Program-made: the position numbers and the translations under genes
Shown: positions 1 to 7,906 of the stretch, in pieces
Layout of the letters: the number at the start of each line of letters is the position of its first letter
How positions within the stretch are numbered: position 1 is the stretch's first letter
The notes under the pieces: model-generated
Told to the model about the DNA's origin: nothing
The model's database searches: none
What the model saw: only the letters and a program-made list of their open reading frames with translations
Origin: Clostridia bacterium
Lineage (GTDB): Bacteria; Bacillota; Clostridia; Oscillospirales; CAG-272
Direction: 5' to 3'
Assembly (NCBI GenBank): GCA_017464805.1
Contig: JAFTYE010000014.1
Location: 8,476 to 72,475, forward strand
DNA length: 64,000 nucleotides

Positions 1-2
1 AA

Positions 3-713
3 ATTGAAGCCGACAATGCCGCAAGGCAGGAATGGAACATAACGGCGGATATGGCTCTCATATCGGGAATTGAAGAAACAAAGATACTGGAAATCAAGAA
101 AGAGGAGATCCACCAAAAAGCAAGTCAGTCTATCAAAGCGAATGGATGGTTGCCCAACCTATTTCGCAGTATCGTGAGCAAAGCAAAGGGATTCTTGCAG
201 AACTTGATAAGACAGACTGCATTACCGCCCAAGCCGGTACTCAATATGGATATGACAGAGTTCCGCACAATGCAAACGCTGATGATACGGGTACAGGACA
301 GGGCAAAAGAAATCCGCAGCTTGCAGGATGAAGTACCTAAATTAAAGGCACAGCGTGCCGAAACAAAGGGTATATTCAAGAGCAAGGAGCGAAAGGCGTT
401 AGAAACAAAAATACAGCAGATGGAAACCAAAATCTCCGCTATGCTGAAAGCACTACCCGATATTCTTAAAAGTGACGGTTATCCCGATGTGCAGGCGTTT
501 ATGGCAACCTACCGCAAGTCAGAAGCCGTAGTTGATAACTACAACCGTGAGCTTGCTGAATGGGAACGCAAGGTCAAGGAAAGCCGCAGACCTGCCGAAA
601 AAGAACGGTATGCACCGCCCGAAAGAGAAAGTGTCCGTGACCAGCTCAGAAGGTTGCAGGCAGAGGGCAGACAGACCAAACCCAAGCACCGATCCCACGA
701 CAGAGAAAGATAG
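3..713 (+). CDS. C-terminal part of a mobilization/relaxase-type protein (coiled-coil, Lys/Glu/Arg-rich tail); 5' end outside the window
   Basis: The frame of the 51..713 ORF stays open back to base 3 (IEADNAARQEWNITAD precedes the first Met). The charged coiled-coil tail resembles relaxase C-termini from Firmicute mobile elements as I recall them. Confidence 0.45.
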   Translation: MEADNAARQEWNITADMALISGIEETKILEIKKEEIHQKASQSIKANGWLPNLFRSIVSKAKGFLQNLIRQTALPPKPVLNMDMTEFRTMQTLMIRVQDRAKEIRSLQDEVPKLKAQRAETKGIFKSKERKALETKIQQMETKISAMLKALPDILKSDGYPDVQAFMATYRKSEAVVDNYNRELAEWERKVKESRRPAEKERYAPPERESVRDQLRRLQAEGRQTKPKHRSHDRER

Positions 714-784
714 CTTTAACACCGAAAACAACACCGCAGGGCAGTTTCCCTGCCTTGCGGGATTACATACATTTTGACAGTAAA

Positions 785-817
785 ACACCCTGCAAGACTT
801 CAATCCTTGCAGGGTGT
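785..817. terminator. Bidirectional intrinsic terminator between the relaxase gene and the convergent ABC-F gene
   Basis: 12-bp stem ACACCCTGCAAG/CTTGCAGGGTGT with a 9-nt loop. It is flanked by an A-run upstream and a T-run downstream. Confidence 0.7.
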
Positions 818-888
818 AATTTTGAAAATTTATAAACTGAAATTTGAGTCTCTGTAAAACTGGAATTAACCCATACAATTATTTTAAT

Positions 889-2349
889 TTAGATATTCAC
901 AATATTACTTGCCACAGTATCTCGAAAAACATTGTCATGTTCTACCAGGAGCATGGTCGGGGCAAACTCCGTTATGAGCTGTTCAATCTGCATACGTGAG
1001 TACACATCAATAAAGTTGAGCGGTTCATCCCATACATATAAGTGTGCCTTTTCACAAAGGCTTTTCGCAATTAGGACTTTCTTCTTTTGCCCGCCAGAAA
1101 AGTCTTTAATATCCTTTTCAAACTGTACACGCTCAAAGTCCATTTTCCTAAGAATTGCCTTGAACAGACTTTCATCAAGGTTGTTTTCTTCTGCAAACTC
1201 GGAAAGGGTTCCACATAAATACGATGTATCCTGTGGCACATAAGAAATTACAAGCCCAGAGCCAAGTGTTACTGTACCCGTATAATCTATGGACTGCCCG
1301 ACTACCAACTTTAACAGGCTACTTTTGCCACTGCCGTTCTTCCCGTCAAGCACAATGCGTTCTCCCCGTCTTATTTCAAACGAAACGGGTTCACAAACTG
1401 AAATGCCATCATAACAAACTACTACATTCGATAATGATGCAATCAAATCTGTATGGTAATTAAGCGGTTGTATCTTGAGGGCTTCTGCGGATTCCACATT
1501 TTTCAGCAATGCTGATTTTTGTTCGATTGTCTGTTGTTGTCTCGCTTCTATAGATTTTGAACGCTTCATCATTTTGGCGGCTTTATGACCGACATAACCT
1601 TTATCTGCTGCCCCAATTTTGGAAGCTTCTACACGTTCAGACCATACTGCAGAGCGTTTTGCCGACTGCTGTAATCGTCCGATGTTCTTTTGCAAACGTT
1701 CGTTCTGAGCCAGTTCAAATTCTTGCTGTCGCTCAAAATTTGACATCCATGATGAAAAGTTTCCGCTTTGCACTTCGATATTCGCTCGGTTAATCGATAG
1801 AATATGGTCAACACAATCGTCAAGAAAGCGACGATCGTGAGAAACTAAGATGAATCCCTTTTTCTTTTTCAGATATGTCGCCACACTTTTTCTCGCTTTG
1901 GCATCCAAATGGTTGGTAGGTTCATCAATCAGTAGGAAATGCCCTTCATTAAGAAAAAGAGCGGCAAGCAAAACCTTTGTCTGCTCTCCGTTGGAAAGTG
2001 TTTCAAAAGGTCGCCAAAGCACATCGACATCAACATCAAGATAAGAAAGTTCTCGCATAAGTTCCCATTCTTCCGCAAGCGGGCAAACCTCCTGCAATAT
2101 ATCCTCTGTAATACGATTCTTATCTGAAACGGGATAAGGAAAATAATCAAACTGTACGGATGATAGGATTTTTCCGCTATACTCATATTTCCCAAGCAGA
2201 AGATTCAGAAAGGTTGTTTTACCTCGTCCGTTTCTGCCCACAAAACCAAGCTTCCAATCGGTATCAACCTGGAAACTGACATTTTCAAAAACATTATCAT
2301 AACTTGTCGGATATGAAAATGTAAGGTTTTCAATTTTAATCATTGACAT
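889..2349 (-). CDS. ABC-F ribosomal protection protein, Lsa-type antibiotic resistance (ARE) family
   Basis: Two ABC cassettes and no TM segments. Walker A: GRNGRGKTT and GKNGSGKSS. Signatures: LSNGEQ and FSGGQKKK. Walker B: LLIDEPTNHLD and YVWDEPLNFID. There is a charged interdomain linker. The layout and blocks (EEWELMRELSYLDVD..LWRPF, YLKKKKGFILVSHDR) match Lsa(A) as I remember it. Confidence 0.85.
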   Translation of the reverse strand: MSMIKIENLTFSYPTSYDNVFENVSFQVDTDWKLGFVGRNGRGKTTFLNLLLGKYEYSGKILSSVQFDYFPYPVSDKNRITEDILQEVCPLAEEWELMRELSYLDVDVDVLWRPFETLSNGEQTKVLLAALFLNEGHFLLIDEPTNHLDAKARKSVATYLKKKKGFILVSHDRRFLDDCVDHILSINRANIEVQSGNFSSWMSNFERQQEFELAQNERLQKNIGRLQQSAKRSAVWSERVEASKIGAADKGYVGHKAAKMMKRSKSIEARQQQTIEQKSALLKNVESAEALKIQPLNYHTDLIASLSNVVVCYDGISVCEPVSFEIRRGERIVLDGKNGSGKSSLLKLVVGQSIDYTGTVTLGSGLVISYVPQDTSYLCGTLSEFAEENNLDESLFKAILRKMDFERVQFEKDIKDFSGGQKKKVLIAKSLCEKAHLYVWDEPLNFIDVYSRMQIEQLITEFAPTMLLVEHDNVFRDTVASNIVNI

Positions 2350-2382
2350 AAATATTATCCTCCTTTGCGTGTCATACGATAC

Positions 2383-2436
2383 AAAGTCGGTTCGGTGAAT
2401 GTTTACTCCGCATAGATTTCACCAAAAGGAACCGAC
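2383..2436 (-). promoter_or_regulatory. Second attenuator hairpin in the ABC-F leader; it overlaps the 3' end of the 26-codon uORF
   Basis: On the transcribed strand GTCGGTTC..GGTGAA pairs with TTCACC..GAACCGAC and is followed by TTTGTAT. It sits about 35 nt upstream of the AAGGAGG RBS of the ABC-F gene. Confidence 0.45.
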
Positions 2437-2483
2437 ACTATACGGAGTAAATCATGTGTAACTATCTGTTCTGCACTATTCAT
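2403..2483 (-). CDS. 26-codon upstream ORF in the ABC-F leader (MNSAEQIVTHDLLRIVSVPFGEIYAE)
   Basis: GGAGGTG RBS 6 nt upstream of the ATG. The stop lies inside the second hairpin. It may be regulatory rather than a stable protein. Confidence 0.3.
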   Translation of the reverse strand: MNSAEQIVTHDLLRIVSVPFGEIYAE

Positions 2484-2494
2484 AAAGCACCTCC

Positions 2495-2536
2495 AAAACA
2501 AAATAAGAGCCGCAAGAAAGTTTATCCTTGCAGCTC
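2495..2536 (-). terminator. First attenuator terminator in the ABC-F leader
   Basis: On the transcribed strand GAGCTGCAAGG pairs with CTTGCGGCTC and is followed by TTATTTTGTTTT. Confidence 0.55.
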
Positions 2537-2660
2537 GTCATAGCATAATAACACCACTAAGCAAAAGTGGCAACAGCACTATATTGAGTAAGATAGACAT
2601 ATAACTTTCTTGCAATAGACACAATAATGCCAAAGTATAGCACTACCGCATATTTTGATT

Positions 2661-2684
2661 TTATTTGCAAGAAAAGTTAATCAT
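2661..2684 (-). CDS. 7-codon leader peptide MINFSCK (ribosome-stalling type uORF expected for ARE ABC-F genes)
   Basis: AGAGGTGG RBS, then ATG ATT AAC TTT TCT TGC AAA TAA. It lies about 30 nt downstream of the predicted promoter. Confidence 0.4.
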   Translation of the reverse strand: MINFSCK

Positions 2685-2712
2685 CTTTCCACCTCTTTCT
2701 AAATTTTAAAAC

Positions 2713-2741
2713 ATTATACCATAAATTGCAGGCAAATACAA
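2713..2741 (-). promoter_or_regulatory. Sigma-70 type promoter of the ABC-F leader
   Basis: TTGTAT, 17-nt spacer, TGgTATAAT (extended -10) on the minus strand. Confidence 0.6.
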
Positions 2742-2893
2742 GTGGTTACAAAAATTTTAACAAATCGCTTATAATACAATCATATAACTTTACTCATTCC
2801 TTACTGACCGTAAAATTCAAAGTTTCTGTTGTAATCTCAATTCGTTTTTTAAGCATATCACAAAAATGTAAAAATTTCTACCGCCTACGCAAA

Positions 2894-2924
2894 GAAACGC
2901 CCGAACATTGCTGTTCGAGCGTTC
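2894..2924 (-). terminator. Terminator downstream of the small-ORF/tnpV pair
   Basis: 12-bp stem with one mismatch (AACGCCCGAACA/TGTTCGAGCGTT). It is followed by a T-rich stretch on the minus strand. Confidence 0.5.
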
Positions 2925-2944
2925 TCGCTTTCGATTGCAATGCT

Positions 2945-3091
2945 TTATCTTTGTAATTTTATCATAACCTTGTCAACTGCATCCGTATATCTGCCCTGTG
3001 CAATCAACTTATTGCGGAAGGCAAGCAGGGCATTGAAGATGTACCTCCGTTCCTCTTCTGTGAGATAAAGGTAATATTTCCGCTTTCTCAT
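2945..3091 (-). CDS. 48-aa hypothetical protein co-translated with TnpV (MRKRKYYLYLTEEERRYIFNALLAFRNKLIAQGRYTDAVDKVMIKLQR)
   Basis: Hand-translated because it is below the ORF-track size cut-off. Its ATG overlaps the tnpV stop in an ATGA junction. Confidence 0.5.
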   Translation of the reverse strand: MRKRKYYLYLTEEERRYIFNALLAFRNKLIAQGRYTDAVDKVMIKLQR

Positions 3092-3468
3092 ACGAAGATC
3101 ACCTCGGCATTGACAGTTTCCGTAACCGCTTCACGAAGAGCGTTCATCCTGCCGACCCACTCCATTTGATTGTCGGCTTTCAGCTTTTCGGTAATGCCCT
3201 CACGCTCTGCCCATTGCTTCATAAGGCGGTCAAACAGTTTCTGTGCCTGTTCTTCAACATCGGCAAGGTGGCTTTGCAGTTTCCCGCTTGTCAGCAGATT
3301 TGTGTAGAACACCTTTTTATGTTGACGGATATACCGCAAATGCCGCTGACCCCATACGCCGATATGCCTTTCTTCTTTTTCGGCGGGTAATTCCAAACAG
3401 GGAATGTAATAATCGCCCTGCAATTCATACCAAAGACCGATTTGTTCGTTATAAATGTACTTTTCCAT
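3088..3468 (-). CDS. tnpV: TnpV-family transposon protein
   Basis: MEKYIYNEQIGLWYELQGDYYIPCL..GVWGQRHLRYI..LLTSGKL matches the TnpV family from Clostridial transposons as I recall it. I chose the internal ATG at 3468, which has a GGAGGA RBS 8 nt upstream, over the 3501 start. Confidence 0.75.
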   Translation of the reverse strand: MEKYIYNEQIGLWYELQGDYYIPCLELPAEKEERHIGVWGQRHLRYIRQHKKVFYTNLLTSGKLQSHLADVEEQAQKLFDRLMKQWAEREGITEKLKADNQMEWVGRMNALREAVTETVNAEVIFV

Positions 3469-3746
3469 TATGTAATCCTCCAAAATAATATATTCGCACA
3501 TACATCACAGTTTCCCGATTGCCACACTCTGTTATATCTTGTTATCAGTTTTTCTTGCCCTTGCTTTTGCCCTTATAATTGCTCGGAGCAAGGGTAAAGT
3601 CGTGTGAAATCGTATAAAGGAATAAGGTGAGCAGATTGCGAAAAACCCTTTATTTTCAAGGCTTTTAGAGGAATTCATTAACGCCCTACAACAAGCGATA
3701 ATGATTTAAGAAAAGTTAGTTTTCAAATTCTTATTTATCATTTTGC

Positions 3747-4070
3747 CTATTGCTTCGCCGCCCACTGTGCAAGCTGAATAAGGATGGGGGCAAGCTCCTT
3801 TGCCTTATCGGTGGCTTCGTATTCCACACGGATCGGAACTTCCAAATATTCAGAACGGCGAACAAGTCCGTCGCGCTCAAGCTCCTGCAAGGATCTCGCA
3901 AGCATTGTATTGGAAATACCCTTGACCTTCCGCAAAAGCTCGTTATAGCGAACAGTTCCATCTACGCTGAGGGAGCATAGGATCGCAAGCTTCCACTTCC
4001 CTCCGATCATCTCCATCGCGCGCTGCAGCGGGCACGCCTCGGTACAAGGACAGTTATGGCTATGAGACAT
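3747..4070 (-). CDS. HxlR-family transcriptional regulator
   Basis: GGKWKLAIL..YNEL..ISNTMLARSLQELERDGLV winged-helix core. The start was moved to the ATG at 4070, which has a GGAGGAA RBS 7 nt upstream. Confidence 0.85.
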   Translation of the reverse strand: MSHSHNCPCTEACPLQRAMEMIGGKWKLAILCSLSVDGTVRYNELLRKVKGISNTMLARSLQELERDGLVRRSEYLEVPIRVEYEATDKAKELAPILIQLAQWAAKQ

Positions 4071-4126
4071 ATGTAATTCCTCCATCTAACTAACATTTTT
4101 CTTACTTGCTCACAATAAATTGCGTA

Positions 4127-4155
4127 ATTGACACATTGACCTATTGATAGTATAA
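4127..4155 (+). promoter_or_regulatory. Consensus sigma-70 promoter for the radical-SAM operon (divergent from hxlR)
   Basis: TTGACA, 17-nt spacer, TATAAT. Confidence 0.65.
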
Positions 4156-4216
4156 TTATAGCAGATAACAAATGTAAAGTAAAGAGCAAAATGTGATTTA
4201 GGAGGGTTTTTTCGTT

Positions 4217-5320
4217 TTGGAAAATTTTGATCTCGCAAAATATCTCACGACCGGGGTTGAAAATCTTGTAAACAACATTCTTCGCGCCACCCTCAAAGAC
4301 CCAAAGGAAAGCGCGTTTATGATGAAATACAGCCGTAGCGTAAAGGAAGCGGCAAAGCATCGTGCCGAGCTGAGCGAGGGCGGTGAGCATATCCCGCCAT
4401 TCCTGATCGCAAGCATCACAAGCAGCTGTAATCTTCACTGCACCGGATGCTACGCACGTCATAATCAATCCTGCTGTGACTCCTCCCCTGTCGAGCAGCT
4501 AAGTGATGCCGAATGGCTGAAGATATTTCACGAGGCGAAGGAGCTTGGTATCAGCTTTATTCTTCTCGCAGGTGGTGAGCCGATGCTTCGCCGTGACGTC
4601 ATCCGCGCGGCAGGCAGTGTTCCCGAAATCCTTTTCCCGATATTCACCAATGGAACGATGATAGACGATGCGTATCTCGCTTTGTTTCAAAAGCATCGCA
4701 ACCTCGTTCCCGTGTTCAGCATTGAAGGTCACAAGGAAAAGACCGACTCCCGCCGTGGCGAAGGTGTGTACAAAAGGCTCATAGACGGTATGGAGAGGAT
4801 GCAGAAAAATCATCTGATCTTCGGTGCATCCGTCACCGTCACCCGTGAAAATCTCGGAGAGGTATTCTCTCATGATTTTGTGGAGAATCTGAATCGTCGC
4901 GGCTGTAAGGTTATATTCTACGTAGAGTACGTTCCCGTCAGCGAGACTACCGCATCGCTCGCTCCCACCGATGAGGATCGCGCTCGTATGGAGCAGAATA
5001 TGTCAGAGCTTCGCGCTTCCTATCCCGATATGATATTCATTGCCTTTCCTGGTGATGAAAAAAGCACGGGCGGTTGCCTTGCGGCAGGCAGAGGCTTCTT
5101 CCACATCAACTCCCATGGAGGCGCCGAGCCTTGCCCGTTCTCTCCCTATTCCGATATCAACGTGCGCGAGACCTCACTCCGAGAGGCACTGAAGTCCGAT
5201 CTGTTCCGCGCTCTGCAAAGCGAGAGTATTCTGACGGGAGAGCATATCGGCGGTTGCGTGTTGTTTGAGCAGAAAGATAAAGTCGCAGCGATCATAGAAA
5301 GGAACAAGCAGAATGGATAA
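4217..5320 (+). CDS. Radical SAM protein of unknown function, with about 70 aa before the cluster and a C-terminal Cys-containing (SPASM/twitch-like) region
   Basis: CNLHCTGCY CX3CX2C motif, GGEPML, and C-terminal GGCLAAG..AEPCPFSP. TTG start 10 nt after GGAGGG. Confidence 0.8.
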   Translation: MENFDLAKYLTTGVENLVNNILRATLKDPKESAFMMKYSRSVKEAAKHRAELSEGGEHIPPFLIASITSSCNLHCTGCYARHNQSCCDSSPVEQLSDAEWLKIFHEAKELGISFILLAGGEPMLRRDVIRAAGSVPEILFPIFTNGTMIDDAYLALFQKHRNLVPVFSIEGHKEKTDSRRGEGVYKRLIDGMERMQKNHLIFGASVTVTRENLGEVFSHDFVENLNRRGCKVIFYVEYVPVSETTASLAPTDEDRARMEQNMSELRASYPDMIFIAFPGDEKSTGGCLAAGRGFFHINSHGGAEPCPFSPYSDINVRETSLREALKSDLFRALQSESILTGEHIGGCVLFEQKDKVAAIIERNKQNG

Positions 5321-6116
5321 TATGGAAAAGCTCGTCCGTGAGCGCCGAAGTGTCCGTACCTTTGACGGACGGGAGCTGACAGCGGCGGACAAAGAAAAGC
5401 TGTGCGCTTATATGGAAACCATTAATAACCCTTACGGACTTCCTATCGAATTCAAGTTGCTCCCAAAAATGGGTTGCCCCGTAGTTGTAGGAACCGATAT
5501 GTATATTGGCGCAAAGATGAAGGATGCATCGCATTCGAATGAAGCCTTCGGCTACACCTTTGAAAAGCTTGTACTCTATGCACAGTCGCTCGGCATTGGT
5601 ACGGTATGGATCGGCGGCACGATGGACAGAGGTGCTTTTGAGAAAGTGATGGAGCTTTCGGAGGATGAAGTCATGCCTTGTGTCAGCCCTCTCGGCTACC
5701 CGGCAAATAAGATGTCTGTACGGGAAAAGATCATGCGTAAGGGTGTGAAGGCGGATAGCCGTTTTTCCTTTGAGGAAATTGCATTTTGGAATGATTTTAA
5801 CCAGCCCTTGACCGCCGACGCGGTAGGTAAGCTGTTCCTACCGATCGAGATGGTACGACTTGCCCCTTCTGCTGTCAACAAACAGCCGTGGCGCATTGTT
5901 GTTATGGACGGCACCTTGCATTTCTATTTGCAACGCTCCAAGAATTTTAACGGCGGCAGAATTGATATGCAGAAGATCGATATGGGCATTGCTCTTTGCC
6001 ATTTTGAGCTTACGGCAAAGGAGCAAGGCATTCACACTGAGTTTGTGATCGAAGAGCCGAATATCCCCTGCAAAGACGGTATGGAGTATATCGCTTCTTA
6101 TAAATTTAAAATATAA
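5313..6116 (+). CDS. Nitroreductase-family protein
   Basis: RRSVRTF near the N-terminus and APSAVNKQPWR later. The start overlaps the radical-SAM gene end by 8 nt. Confidence 0.8.
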   Translation: MDNMEKLVRERRSVRTFDGRELTAADKEKLCAYMETINNPYGLPIEFKLLPKMGCPVVVGTDMYIGAKMKDASHSNEAFGYTFEKLVLYAQSLGIGTVWIGGTMDRGAFEKVMELSEDEVMPCVSPLGYPANKMSVREKIMRKGVKADSRFSFEEIAFWNDFNQPLTADAVGKLFLPIEMVRLAPSAVNKQPWRIVVMDGTLHFYLQRSKNFNGGRIDMQKIDMGIALCHFELTAKEQGIHTEFVIEEPNIPCKDGMEYIASYKFKI

Positions 6117-6132
6117 ATTGAGAGGTGCTGTT

Positions 6133-6543
6133 ATGAATATTGCGATACGTTATTACACCCGTTCAGGTAACACAAAAAAGCTTGCGGAGGCAGTTGCCGA
6201 GGCGATATCTGTTGAGGCGAAGGATATCACCGCACCGCTGACCGAAAAGGCAGATATCCTGTTTCTCGGTTCTTCTTATTACGCTTTCGATGCGGATGAT
6301 GCCGTAAAGAGCTTCATCGCCGATAACAAGGAAAACATTGGCAAGATCGTCTGCTTTGGCACGTCCGCTATGATGAAATCTATGAGAAAGCCCATAGCAA
6401 AGGTAGCGGGTAAGCTCGGCGTTGCCGTCGCGGACGAGGAATTTCATTGCAGAGGTCAGTTTGGAAAGATACACAAAGGCAGACCGAATGAAAAGGACAT
6501 TGACGATGTAAAAAAATTCGCTTGTACTGTTTTAAGCAGGTGA
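6133..6543 (+). CDS. Flavodoxin-family protein
   Basis: MNIAIRYYTRSGNTKKLAE flavodoxin-like N-terminus. The ATG at 6133 follows a GAGAGGTG RBS. Confidence 0.7.
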   Translation: MNIAIRYYTRSGNTKKLAEAVAEAISVEAKDITAPLTEKADILFLGSSYYAFDADDAVKSFIADNKENIGKIVCFGTSAMMKSMRKPIAKVAGKLGVAVADEEFHCRGQFGKIHKGRPNEKDIDDVKKFACTVLSR

Positions 6544-6800
6544 ATCAGGTGCTCGAATACAGATATGATACTCAACTCTTGATCGAGGGAACCGATTTGG
6601 ATGAGGATGCCATCAAAGACTACTTCATATTGAATTTCAAGGGAGATTCCTTGATCGTTGTAGGAGATGAAACAATCATCAAAATTCACTACCATACCAA
6701 CGAGCCGTGGGATGTTTTGAAATATTGCGCTTCCCTCGGCGAAATACATGACATTGTTGTGGAGGATATGGATAGACAAGCAAGAGGATTAAAAGGCTGA
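6522..6800 (+). pseudogene. 3' fragment (about 85 codons) of a YloV/DAK2-domain fusion protein gene
   Basis: YRYDTQLLIEG..GDSLIVVGDETIIKIHYHTNEPWDVLKY..LGEIHDIVVEDM matches the C-terminal domain of roughly 550-aa YloV-type proteins. The homologous part begins right after the flavodoxin stop codon. There is no credible start or RBS. Confidence 0.6.
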
Positions 6801-6848
6801 AAAATCAGCTTTTTATAGTAAAAAATTTCTATGAAAAGAGGTGTGGGC

Positions 6849-7307
6849 ATGGCTAAGAAATCAAATTCCGAACTTTTTTCATCTCTGCTCTACATCATCA
6901 TCGGTGTGCTCCTTGTTATTTTCCGTTCCCAGACACTCGGATGGGCAATGACAATTGCGGGCATTTTCTTTGTAATCTCTGGTATGCTTGATCTTGTCAA
7001 AAAGAACTGGACAGGCGGCGCTGTGAGCCTCATTATTGGTATCGCTATTTTGATACTCGGTTGGGTTGCTACACAAATTGTTTTGCTTGTTCTCGGTATA
7101 CTTATCGCAATTAAGGGTGTCGTTGCACTGATTGATGTATTCAAAAAGAGCAACAAGAGCATTTTTGATATCCTCTTCCCCGTTCTTTCGGTTGTTGTAG
7201 GTTTTATGCTCGCATTCGGCAACGGCCTTGATGTTATGATCATCATTGTCGGTGTGCTTCTTGCAATCGATGGAGTCATCGGTCTCATCGGTTCTTTGAA
7301 GAAATAA
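6849..7307 (+). CDS. DUF308/HdeD-like small membrane protein
   Basis: Repeated pairs of TM helices (GVLLVIF..IAGIFFVISGMLDLV pattern). The ATG at 6849 follows AGAGGTG. Confidence 0.6.
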   Translation: MAKKSNSELFSSLLYIIIGVLLVIFRSQTLGWAMTIAGIFFVISGMLDLVKKNWTGGAVSLIIGIAILILGWVATQIVLLVLGILIAIKGVVALIDVFKKSNKSIFDILFPVLSVVVGFMLAFGNGLDVMIIIVGVLLAIDGVIGLIGSLKK

Positions 7308-7323
7308 TCGAATATCAAAAACA

Positions 7324-7358
7324 GCCCTCGTTCCATTTCGAACGAGGGCATCCTTTTT
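7324..7358 (+). terminator. Intrinsic terminator after the DUF308 gene
   Basis: 10-bp stem GCCCTCGTTC/GAACGAGGGC followed by TTTTT. A near-identical hairpin is found at 11066-11090. Confidence 0.7.
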
Positions 7359-7381
7359 ACGTGCTGAACATATGTCTCTGT

Positions 7382-7897
7382 TTACTCTAATTCAGGTACG
7401 ATATACGCTCTGCGGTTAAGTTCATTCGATATGCTGTCGAGAATTTCTTCGGAATCCGCACGGACGGTATGATAGTGGTATCCACCCGTAATCGCCATGA
7501 GCTCGGAGGACTTCCCTGTTCTGACCCCTTCCATAAACTGCTTGACTTGATGCCTCGAAAAGATATTCAGAGGAGCTTCAATTTTTCCGTACACCTTATG
7601 CCATACAAATACATCTACCACGGTACCGCCGAGATCCACGATGCAGTTCAGCTCATCCTCAGTCTGATCGGAGGTGTGCTTCACCTTGAAGACCCGTTCC
7701 GCTAAGGGTGATCTTTGAAGCACGTACCCTTGGCTGGTGGACAGAATATCATAGCCTGTGCCCTTCAGCACCGTGATATCCTGCACGATGATCTGTCGGG
7801 ATATATCAAATCGGCGTGCAAGCTCGCCTCCGGAAATGGGCTCCTTGGATGATAAAAGTAAATTGACGATCGCTTTTCTTCTTTCGGCTACCTTCAT
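7382..7897 (-). CDS. niaR: NAD-biosynthesis transcriptional repressor NiaR (YrxA type; HTH plus 3H domain)
   Basis: N-terminal HTH (ISGGELARRFDISRQIIVQDI), about 170 aa, last gene of the nad operon. Confidence 0.8.
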   Translation of the reverse strand: MKVAERRKAIVNLLLSSKEPISGGELARRFDISRQIIVQDITVLKGTGYDILSTSQGYVLQRSPLAERVFKVKHTSDQTEDELNCIVDLGGTVVDVFVWHKVYGKIEAPLNIFSRHQVKQFMEGVRTGKSSELMAITGGYHYHTVRADSEEILDSISNELNRRAYIVPELE

Positions 7898-7906
7898 GAT
7901 TCCTCC

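Larger units (their letters stand above)
1..3740. mobile_element. Right-hand part of an integrated mobilizable/conjugative element (relaxase tail, ABC-F resistance gene, TnpV). The left end lies outside the window. The right end is unresolved, somewhere in 3.5-3.75 kb or possibly as far as 6.54 kb.
   Basis: Clearly more AT-rich than the rest of the window. The gene set is typical of Firmicute transposon/ICE accessory modules. No integrase or terminal repeats are visible in the window. Confidence 0.6.
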
